A DNA stretch of 20,000 bases, taken from an uncultured virus (IMG/VR IMGVR_UViG_3300016472_001133). Lineage: Duplodnaviria > Heunggongvirae > Uroviricota > Caudoviricetes. The notes below the pieces were generated by a model. The model was not told where the DNA came from and ran no database searches. It saw only the letters and a list, made by a program, of their open reading frames with translations. A program made the position numbers and the translations under genes. The stretch lies in IMG/VR virus record IMGVR_UViG_3300016472_001133. The stretch is one strand, 5' to 3'. Below, one piece after another: positions 8,429 through 15,344 of this stretch (its first letter is position 1; each line of letters opens with the position of its first letter).

Positions 8429-9400
8429 TTACAAAGTAAGAATTTGAATTCCTTCATGCTTTTTTAAATCTTGAGCTTCCATCCATCCCAGATTAGTAAA
8501 GACTTTGTGGTCTGGTGTCAGCGTAACACTCTTTCCATCCTTCAGTTTAATTCTCAATAATTTCGCGTTTTTTCTAGTCATTGCTGCCCAAGAAACTTTC
8601 TTGAATTCCTTAGACCCTGTTTTTTCGTCATATGAAAGAACCAAGACATCATCACCCATATTGAATCTTTCAACGACAGACAACAGGTTTTCTAGGCCTC
8701 TATTCGTTATGAGTTCTACATCTCCAGTTAAACATGCGGTTGACACCATCAAGTGACCACCTTGCGCAGCCTCCTTCAGCATCCTGTAATCAATTCGGGG
8801 GAACCTGTAGAAGCCCTCCAAATAACCCCGAGAAACCAGATGGAATAACCTCTGCAGACCAACTGAAGTTTTTGGTAGGACAACCAGATGATGCCGACGT
8901 TTAACTGGGTCGTTATACTTACCTGACTTCGTCTCATCTTCATTTTCGATCGTCAGAGAAGCTTCATCAGTTCCAAGATCCGTCGTCTCATCGTTTCCAT
9001 CAACAACAGCCGTGATAGGCGTGATGATAGATTCATCCTTGACCGGTTTCTCTTTCGATTTTTCGATATCGATCTGCCACTGTTTCAGATCGGGATGGAC
9101 ATACATCTCGCATCCAGGAATGAACTTGAAGTTCTTGCCTGATTTCCTCATTTTTTCAGCGTGAAGATATGCATGGCAGAATCCGTTCATGTGGCCATGG
9201 TCGGTTAATGCCCACGCATCCATGCCATTTTCTAAGACGTAATCGATGTGCTCTTGTGGATAATCAAGCCCATCAAATGTTGAGAATCCTGATATTATTC
9301 CGCCCGGAAAATAAATTCCGGGCGGAAATTACGAATGCGCGTGGAGGCCGACAAAACGATTTGGCCTCCGATCGCGCATTTCCTTCTTGCTGTTTGACAT
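8429..9400 (-). CDS. dnaE: DNA polymerase III alpha, N-terminal PHP part plus IntN; contains an in-frame TAA and 42-nt coding gap at 9290-9331
   Basis: Manual translation from ATG 9400, in frame with ORF 8429..9223: MSNSKKEMRDRRPNRFVGLHAHS*FPPGIYFPGGIISGFSTFDGLDYPQEHIDYVLENGMDAWALTDHG...GCE...STA/CLTG. Confidence 0.9.
8432..8734 (-). other. Split intein N-fragment (IntN, 101 aa)
   Basis: Begins CLTGDVELIT (block A), contains VTLTPDHKVFT (block B TxxH) and GW.EA.DL, and ends at a stop. Confidence 0.95.
9290..9331 (-). other. Candidate translational-bypass element (stop codon + hairpin + landing codon)
   Basis: After TCG (9334-9332): TAA T TTCCGCCCGGAA TTTATT TTCCGGGCGGAA TAATA TCA. Perfect 12-bp inverted repeat at 9298-9309/9316-9327; 42 nt and frame-preserving. 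Confidence 0.7.
9334..9380 (-). other. Stem-loop within the dnaE 5' coding region ending at the take-off codon
   Basis: mRNA AAUGCGCG-AUC-GGAGGCC-13 nt-GGCCUCC-A-CGCGCAUU gives perfect 8-bp and 7-bp helices. Confidence 0.75.
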
Positions 9401-9406
9401 ACCATG

Positions 9407-9415
9407 ATTATACCA
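9407..9415 (-). promoter_or_regulatory. Extended -10 promoter for dnaE (probably a leaderless transcript)
   Basis: TGGTATAAT (TGnTATAAT) followed by 6 nt and ATG 9400, with no SD. Confidence 0.6.
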
Positions 9416-9455
9416 TGCGAGGTTGTAAGTTTTGCACAGCAAAGATTCTAAAATG

Positions 9456-9482
9456 AAAAAGCTCCCGTTTCCGAGAGCTTTT
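9456..9482 (-). terminator. Intrinsic terminator after the actin-like gene
   Basis: mRNA AAAAGCUCUCG-GAAA-CGGGAGCUUUUU: stem, GNRA loop and U tract. Possibly bidirectional. Confidence 0.8.
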
Positions 9483-9503
9483 AGGATTAATCAACTTCGA
9501 AAG

Positions 9504-10508
9504 TCACATAATTTGTGCTGCGATTAAACACCCACGGGCAACTGCATGAAGAGGATCTGCTGCGTGACGAACTTCCTTGACTGGAAGAGGGAAACCGTTC
9601 TCTTCGAGCTTCTTTGCAAATAGATCGACAAATCCCTTGGCCTTTGATGTTCCACCGGCAACAACTACAGGTAATGCATCCTTGAACTTTGGAAGAGATT
9701 TGTGTCCGTCCATGGCTGAAGCAAGTTGTTTAGTCGTATAATCGATGAGACGATCATAGTAGGTTGAAACAGCAGCAAGAACTTGATTATCGTTTGGTTG
9801 ACCGACAGTGAAATCGCCTTGTTCCTTCTCTGCTTGAACGACTGAATCTGTCTCGCCTGTAGCAACGGCTGCCATACGATCAACCCAATCACCAGACTTC
9901 GTGGTTGAGAATGTGACGATAGGTTCGCCATTTAGCATAACGCAAACGTTGACCATGCCAGCTCCCCATGATAGTGTGACTCCGGTATAATCATCCTTTT
10001 CTAGTTCTGAGTAACAAAGTGCTTCGGCTTCGTTAATTGCTCTAGCTGAATACCCTACTTCTGAAAGGAGTTTCACAATGACATCCTCATGATATCCTAC
10101 ATCGAAGTCTTCATCTTCTTGATCAACAGGTTGCGCCGGGACGCAGAAAACAAGCTTCTCTCCGGGTTCAGGTGGTGAGCCAGCAACTTCTTTGAGAATA
10201 TATGTTAAAATTCTGCGGGCGTCTTTTTCTTTAGAAGAAACTACACCTTTATACATGGGACGCTTCGCTGAATCGTTTCTTTCCACTGCTTTTTCAATCG
10301 CGTCTTTGCCAAGTATGATGAATGAACCATCGGCGTCTTTAACGAAAACTTTTCCAGCTAATCCTTTTTCAATCATCTTTGTAGCGATGGGGGTCGTTGG
10401 TTTTATAACATAAAACGCATCTCGAAAATCTTTATATGTAACTTTTCCTTTCGTTCCTTCTTCTGCAAGAACGATGAACGATGTTCCTACATCTAATCCT
10501 TTAGCCAT
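9504..10508 (-). CDS. Actin-fold ATPase (MreB/MamK/FtsA-like superfamily)
   Basis: GLDVGTS (phosphate 1), AINEAEA (connect 1), SWGAGMVN (phosphate 2), VVAGGTS (adenosine) and AVARGCL (connect 2). AGGAG SD. Confidence 0.85.
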   Translation of the reverse strand: MAKGLDVGTSFIVLAEEGTKGKVTYKDFRDAFYVIKPTTPIATKMIEKGLAGKVFVKDADGSFIILGKDAIEKAVERNDSAKRPMYKGVVSSKEKDARRILTYILKEVAGSPPEPGEKLVFCVPAQPVDQEDEDFDVGYHEDVIVKLLSEVGYSARAINEAEALCYSELEKDDYTGVTLSWGAGMVNVCVMLNGEPIVTFSTTKSGDWVDRMAAVATGETDSVVQAEKEQGDFTVGQPNDNQVLAAVSTYYDRLIDYTTKQLASAMDGHKSLPKFKDALPVVVAGGTSKAKGFVDLFAKKLEENGFPLPVKEVRHAADPLHAVARGCLIAAQIM

Positions 10509-10534
10509 GTCTTATCTCCTAATTGAATTATATA

Positions 10535-10840
10535 CTATTTGTTTTTCTTCAACATCGCCAATTTCGAAGCAGAAGCGCTTACGTCATCATCGACGATAGT
10601 TTGGGTTCCCAAATCTTTTCCTTTTTTCTTCAAAGAATCAGTTGAAATTGTTGTGACAAATTTCTTCTCATCAATCTCTACAACTTTTCTTTGTCGAACT
10701 TCAGGTTTAAAAAATGAACCCTTCGGATCTATTCTTGGGTCACTTAAATCAGGCTTTCCAGTTATTCTACCTACAATAAAACCTAGAACAAAAGCTGTTC
10801 CATATAACAATATGTTTGTGGTAACAATGATAGATTCCAT
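10535..10840 (-). CDS. Small membrane-anchored hypothetical protein
   Basis: N-terminal hydrophobic stretch ILLYGTAFVLGFIVG followed by a charged tail. Immediately upstream of the actin-like gene. Confidence 0.65.
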   Translation of the reverse strand: MESIIVTTNILLYGTAFVLGFIVGRITGKPDLSDPRIDPKGSFFKPEVRQRKVVEIDEKKFVTTISTDSLKKKGKDLGTQTIVDDDVSASASKLAMLKKNK

Positions 10841-10875
10841 TGAATATAATCTATGTATTGATGATACTTAATTCC

Positions 10876-11421
10876 ATGAAAAATAATCTAGAAAAAACAA
10901 TATTAGAAATGTTTGGTGAACCAATCGGAAAAGTTCCTGGAATTACAACAGTAGGAGCTGTCGGGGTTAGAGACATGCATGAAGATAATCTAGGAGATAT
11001 TTGTCCATCCTGCGGAATGATGTCAATCGATGGAAAATGTGGATGTCCAGAAGTTGAACAAGAAAAAGTTTGCGAAGGTTGTGGACTTCCAGCTTCGCAA
11101 TGTCAGTGTGGTATGAAGAGCGTCTGCCCAATGTGCGGCATGATGCCTGTTCAACTTGATGCACCTTGCTCTTGCGGATTGAATGAAGTTGAAGAAGGTT
11201 CTGCTTGTGGTGAGTGTGGAATGTATGAAAGTGAATGTAAATGCGGTATGAGTGAAGCCAAAAAGAAAGGCCCATCAAAAGAAACTGCAAAAAAAATCCT
11301 CAAAGGAACAAAAACATTCGCTCAAAAAATGAAAAAAGTTTCTAGCTGGGCAGAAGATCCAGCTGCTGCAGCAGCGTGGATGGCACATAAAGCTACAGGC
11401 AAATGGCCGAGCGAAAAGTGA
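10876..11421 (+). CDS. Cys-rich repeat protein (four CxxCG...CxC units)
   Basis: ORF 10840..11421; likely start MKNNLEK at 10876, after an ATACTTA motif. Basic C-terminus. Confidence 0.7.
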   Translation: MKNNLEKTILEMFGEPIGKVPGITTVGAVGVRDMHEDNLGDICPSCGMMSIDGKCGCPEVEQEKVCEGCGLPASQCQCGMKSVCPMCGMMPVQLDAPCSCGLNEVEEGSACGECGMYESECKCGMSEAKKKGPSKETAKKILKGTKTFAQKMKKVSSWAEDPAAAAAWMAHKATGKWPSEK

Positions 11422-11447
11422 TTTAGAAAAATACTTTTAAATCAGGT

Positions 11448-12527
11448 TCATTTACCATGGGGTCCATTTTCTCGGACCCCTTGTGATGTCACTGTGATGA
11501 ATTTAGCCTTTGATCTAAGTTCTCTAATCGTCCTGGCACCTGAATAAGATATTCCTGATTTAATTCCTTCAAGCAAATCTGTCAATGTGTTTGCTACAGA
11601 TCCCTTGTAAGGGATCATCGTACTTTCTCCTTCAACGACAGAAACTCTACCTCTCCATTGTAGTTGAGCTTCTCGTGAAGCCATTCCCCTAAATTTCTTA
11701 AAAAGTGGAACTCCAATAGGTTGCGATGACTTATATGTCAACCCATGAGAATCTACAAGATCTCCGGGACATTCATCATGTCCTGCAAGAATAGATCCTA
11801 ACATAATCATATCAGCACCTGCAGCCAAAGCTTTAACAGCATCACCTGAATTTCTAATTCCGCCATCTGCGACGATAAAAACATCACGATCAGATTTTGC
11901 ACAATCCATCACCGATTGTAGAGTTGGAATACCATGACCCGTTCGAATTCTTGTCGAACACATGCTTCCACCACCCACACCAACCCTGATAGAGTTAGAG
12001 CCCCAATCCGCAAGATCATTAAACGCATCTAGCGTTGCAACATTGCCAGACATTAAATGAACTTCATCCCCAAGTTTAAGACGTAGTTCTTTTAATGCGT
12101 TTTTAACAGATGAATGATGGCCATGAGCAACATCAATGCAAAATGCTCTACATCCAGCTTCATATAGAGCAGTTGCACGTTCAAGATAATCCCCTGTTGC
12201 GCCAATTGCAACCATGATATTTGGTAAAGGATGTCCTGGACACTTTTCAAGTGTTTCCTTGAACATTTTTACTGAATCTTGAATCGTACAATATCGATGC
12301 AAAACCCCGAATCCACCAAAATCTTCCAAAACGCTAGCTACTTCAGGACTAATGACCGTATCCATCGGCGATCCGATGATAGGGCATTTTAGAGTCGAAT
12401 GCGATTTTGTCAACGCTGCATCAAGATCATCAAATCCCGAAACAGACACGTCAACATTTTTTCTAGACTCAATCTCTGAGTATTGGGGAACTAAAAGAAC
12501 ATCATCAAAACAAAGCGTTCGTTGCAT
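11448..12527 (-). CDS. guaB: IMP dehydrogenase / GMP reductase family enzyme lacking CBS domains
   Basis: [26 protein letters not shown], catalytic loop [28 protein letters not shown] versus GMPR is not resolved. Confidence 0.85.
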   Translation of the reverse strand: MQRTLCFDDVLLVPQYSEIESRKNVDVSVSGFDDLDAALTKSHSTLKCPIIGSPMDTVISPEVASVLEDFGGFGVLHRYCTIQDSVKMFKETLEKCPGHPLPNIMVAIGATGDYLERATALYEAGCRAFCIDVAHGHHSSVKNALKELRLKLGDEVHLMSGNVATLDAFNDLADWGSNSIRVGVGGGSMCSTRIRTGHGIPTLQSVMDCAKSDRDVFIVADGGIRNSGDAVKALAAGADMIMLGSILAGHDECPGDLVDSHGLTYKSSQPIGVPLFKKFRGMASREAQLQWRGRVSVVEGESTMIPYKGSVANTLTDLLEGIKSGISYSGARTIRELRSKAKFITVTSQGVRENGPHGK

Positions 12528-12533
12528 GCTTTG

Positions 12534-12562
12534 ATAATATCTTTATATTATTGAATTTACAA
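12534..12562 (-). promoter_or_regulatory. Sigma70-like promoter for the guaB-like gene (probably leaderless)
   Basis: TTGTAA-17 nt-TATTAT, then 6 nt to ATG 12527. Confidence 0.5.
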
Positions 12563-12568
12563 ACAATA

Positions 12569-13108
12569 TTAATCGTTTGAAGAATCTTCGGAATTAAATC
12601 CCCAATCACCGCGCATCCAAGCATTCATTTCTTCTTTTGTGATTCGATTGTGAGATTCATTCAATCGGCTCTTGGATTCAACAACGTCGCCCGAAGACAT
12701 TTCATGTTCAATGGCATGTTGTCTTCCCATTAGATATCCATGAACTTGTTGCATGTTTTCATGAGCAACTGAAATATGATCTTGAACCCAACCAGGAAGC
12801 TGATCTTCTGGGTTTAATAAATCGCAAAGATCTGCACTCATTTGTTTCATTGAATACAAACGAGATTTCACCATTGATCCTTCATCATCATGGGGATCTT
12901 CTCCATGTAAAAATCTTTCTGGATCATCACCATCGTCCATCATTCTGCCTTGATCACCAGAAACGTATCCCCAATCTCCGCTCTTCCAAGCTTCAACTTC
13001 ATCAGGAGTAATAGGAGACATAGCCTCTGAAATGGTTTTCTTTTGTTGAACAGCAGCCTTTATTTCTTCTGCTATAATTTGTTTTAATTTCGTAGCTGTT
13101 AACTTCAT
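12569..13108 (-). CDS. Hypothetical phage protein with N-terminal KLT..KLKQII.EE motif and an internal repeat
   Basis: Probable start MKLTATKLKQIIAEE. Repeat pair ITPDEVEAWKSGDWGY / ITKEEMNAWMRGDWGF. Confidence 0.7.
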   Translation of the reverse strand: MKLTATKLKQIIAEEIKAAVQQKKTISEAMSPITPDEVEAWKSGDWGYVSGDQGRMMDDGDDPERFLHGEDPHDDEGSMVKSRLYSMKQMSADLCDLLNPEDQLPGWVQDHISVAHENMQQVHGYLMGRQHAIEHEMSSGDVVESKSRLNESHNRITKEEMNAWMRGDWGFNSEDSSND

Positions 13109-13119
13109 AATATTTTCTT

Positions 13120-13683
13120 TCAAATTAAAGATTTTGAAATCCTTTGCTTCAATAGGTAAACATGACTTTCGTGTACGTCGGCAATACCTTCAAGCATGTT
13201 TGAAAGTCCATGTGTAAGAAGACCAAGTTCTTTAAGACATACCATAACGTGATCGATAACTTTAAGAAAATTTAGTTCAGCAAACAAAGATTTCTTTGCA
13301 AGGTCAGTTGATTGAGGAATCATTGTCACAGACCCTTGACCACAAATAAGTTTTAGAACTTGAGAATTTACAAGCTGTAAATCCACATTTGAAGTAGACC
13401 CTAAGCCAATTGCTTTTTCAGCAATTCCATCAATTTCTTGAACTATATTTCCATATAGTCTTTGGAACAACAGGTGATCGCCGTAATAAGGATCTCCCAT
13501 TGCGGTCCAATGATGATTTTGATGAAGAGCATACAAGTACTTGAGATGCACTAAAACGACAGAAAGAGGAGCATATGAAGAACCTCCCCATTCGGCAATC
13601 ATATTATCTGTCATCACAGATAAATTTGGTTCAACTGTAAGAACCATTTCCATAGATTCTGATAATTTTTTCTTTTTCATCAC
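13120..13683 (-). CDS. Dps/ferritin-like protein
   Basis: HHWTAMG..YYGDHLLFQRLY....EIDGIAEK matches the Dps ferroxidase pattern HW..G....H..F...Y.....D..AE. Confidence 0.75.
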   Translation of the reverse strand: MMKKKKLSESMEMVLTVEPNLSVMTDNMIAEWGGSSYAPLSVVLVHLKYLYALHQNHHWTAMGDPYYGDHLLFQRLYGNIVQEIDGIAEKAIGLGSTSNVDLQLVNSQVLKLICGQGSVTMIPQSTDLAKKSLFAELNFLKVIDHVMVCLKELGLLTHGLSNMLEGIADVHESHVYLLKQRISKSLI

Positions 13684-14732
13684 TTAAGCTCAACTTTAAA
13701 TGTAATTTTGTTTGCTGAATCTGGATGTGGAGACCAACGTACAACAAAAGGCTCACCATTTAATTTTTGTTTATCATTCCAATGTTTTACGTAAGAATCT
13801 AAAGCCAATTCATCAATTCTTCTAGGCGCTTTGCCATGAGGAAGTGTGCATGAAATAGGTATTTTTCTTGCCTTCGTTCCTTCTTCAATCTTAAATTTCA
13901 TAATTGCTCTAGGAAGCTCAGAATACTTTATGTTAAAAACATCATTGCAACGTTCTATGAACAATTGCGGAGATAAACTTTCACACATCATATCATCAAC
14001 TAAATCTTGAGAAATGATCATTTGGAATTGCGCATTTTCTTTCAACTCAAGATATTCTTCTCTTGCATCATCATGTTTCTTTAAAAGTTCTGACATTTTG
14101 TCCATCAGCTTTATTGGATCTACTGGAATTCTTGTTGAAGATCTAACAGAAGAGCAAAATTGTTTAACTGCAGATGTTTGCCATGTTGTATCCAACGATC
14201 TAGCATAATCTTGAATTAATTTACGAGCGACTCCTTCATACCAATCGTCGCTCAACATATCTTCATTGTCATGTCCAGCAGCTGCTTCGACAGCAGAAAC
14301 TTTTTCTTTTTTCTTTTCTTCAAACAAATCTTGAAGAGCAGAATCTTTTGGAAACTTCTTTACTGCTTCTTCTAAAACTTCTTTTTTCGCTTTTTTTGCT
14401 GCAGCAAGACGAACGTTAGCGGCGGGGTCAAAAAGTAAAATTGTAGATGCGTTTTCTGGAAGAACTCTTGCGACTAATTTTCTTACTTCAGGAGATTCAT
14501 GTGTTGACATAGCCAATGCAACTTTACGAGAAAAGTTTACCGTCTCTCTTCCCACGTATTCAATAACGTCTAAACGTTCATTTGCAGCTTCAACCAAAGA
14601 CTCTAGATTGTCATTGACCACGACAGAAGGACCAAAAACTTTCTTAATCTCATTGCAAAATGCTTCCGTATGGCTCTTTTCTTGCAAAGTTTCTTTGACA
14701 ACTTTCTGTAGATCAGATAATTTCAAACGCAT
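13680..14732 (-). CDS. Hypothetical phage protein (N-terminal RLKLSDLQKVVKE motif, short HEAT-like repeats)
   Basis: 350-aa ORF with AGGAG SD. SPEVRKLVA and AANVRLAAA are HEAT-like segments. Confidence 0.7.
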   Translation of the reverse strand: MRLKLSDLQKVVKETLQEKSHTEAFCNEIKKVFGPSVVVNDNLESLVEAANERLDVIEYVGRETVNFSRKVALAMSTHESPEVRKLVARVLPENASTILLFDPAANVRLAAAKKAKKEVLEEAVKKFPKDSALQDLFEEKKKEKVSAVEAAAGHDNEDMLSDDWYEGVARKLIQDYARSLDTTWQTSAVKQFCSSVRSSTRIPVDPIKLMDKMSELLKKHDDAREEYLELKENAQFQMIISQDLVDDMMCESLSPQLFIERCNDVFNIKYSELPRAIMKFKIEEGTKARKIPISCTLPHGKAPRRIDELALDSYVKHWNDKQKLNGEPFVVRWSPHPDSANKITFKVELK

Positions 14733-14796
14733 GTGTAAAAAACTCCTAGCATAACTATTCTGTTCAAACGCAGTTTTTGTAAATGTAAGTTAATAA

Positions 14797-15327
14797 CTAT
14801 GTATTGACGAACATAGACCAATCTTCGTGCCACGCAGTTGACTTAGATAAATCCCAAAAATGTAATGCTGATGGTTCAATTGGCCTTTTCGAAAGACGCA
14901 TACCAGTTTCTTCAAGCGTTTTGCCACCTTTTCTTCTATTACAATTTTTACATGCGGTAACACAATTGAACCATGTAGTCGGTCCACCCTTGCATACAGG
15001 AATCACATGATCTACTGTAACTGAAGAATAGCTTAATTCAATGCCACAATATTGGCAGCACCATGAATCTCTATTGAATAGTACCTTTTTTTGAAAACGA
15101 GCAGGCTTTCTATCAATTTTGCGAACGATATAATTCTTCAATCTTAAGATAGCTGGTAATTTGAAACTGCTTGAGCAAGTTTGATACTCTTCATTCCAAT
15201 ATGAAAGTTCACCAGTAGATCCTGTTTGAGGGTCGGCTCGACCGCTTAACATAAGTTTAATTGCCCTAACTTCAGTGATAAACTGAAGAGGTTCGCCATT
15301 TGAATTTAAAAGCAGCGATCTTTTCAT
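14797..15327 (-). CDS. HNH endonuclease (McrA-like, Zn-binding)
   Basis: RDSWCCQYCG...TVDHVIP..KGG.TTWFNCVTACKNCNRRKG. GGAGG SD. Confidence 0.9.
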   Translation of the reverse strand: MKRSLLLNSNGEPLQFITEVRAIKLMLSGRADPQTGSTGELSYWNEEYQTCSSSFKLPAILRLKNYIVRKIDRKPARFQKKVLFNRDSWCCQYCGIELSYSSVTVDHVIPVCKGGPTTWFNCVTACKNCNRRKGGKTLEETGMRLSKRPIEPSALHFWDLSKSTAWHEDWSMFVNT

Positions 15328-15344
15328 GAGTCGCCTCCCAATAA

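Noticed and set aside
8429..9223. ORF-track start MDAWALTDH as the true dnaE start
   Set aside because: There is no SD, and it omits the conserved HxH and S..DG motifs that are present in frame upstream.
9329..9331. Stop-codon reassignment or Sec/Pyl readthrough with the hairpin as a SECIS-like element
   Set aside because: The codon is TAA, which terminates many genes here (e.g. 8429, 12569, 15345, 17285). Readthrough would also insert 14 residues between the HxH and Asp metal ligands.
9290..9331. Group I/II intron or intrinsic terminator
   Set aside because: Far too short for a self-splicing intron, and no U-tract follows the stem on either strand. Protein-assisted RNA excision is not excluded without RT-PCR.
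9289..9332. GT...AG boundaries (GTAATT...ATCAG) resembling a spliceosomal intron
   Set aside because: Removal would excise 44 nt and shift the frame. The context is prokaryotic/phage (SD sites, operons).
4314..9400. dnaE as a decayed pseudogene
   Set aside because: Catalytic, PHP and intein motifs are all intact with no other lesions. A recent inactivating insertion cannot be fully excluded.
9169..9456. 95-aa plus-strand ORF across the gap region
   Set aside because: Antisense to conserved dnaE sequence, with no recognisable motif or SD.
14797..15327. HNH as the homing nuclease of the dnaE intein or as part of a CRISPR/retron system
   Set aside because: Distant stand-alone McrA-like gene, with no repeats, RT or cas genes nearby.
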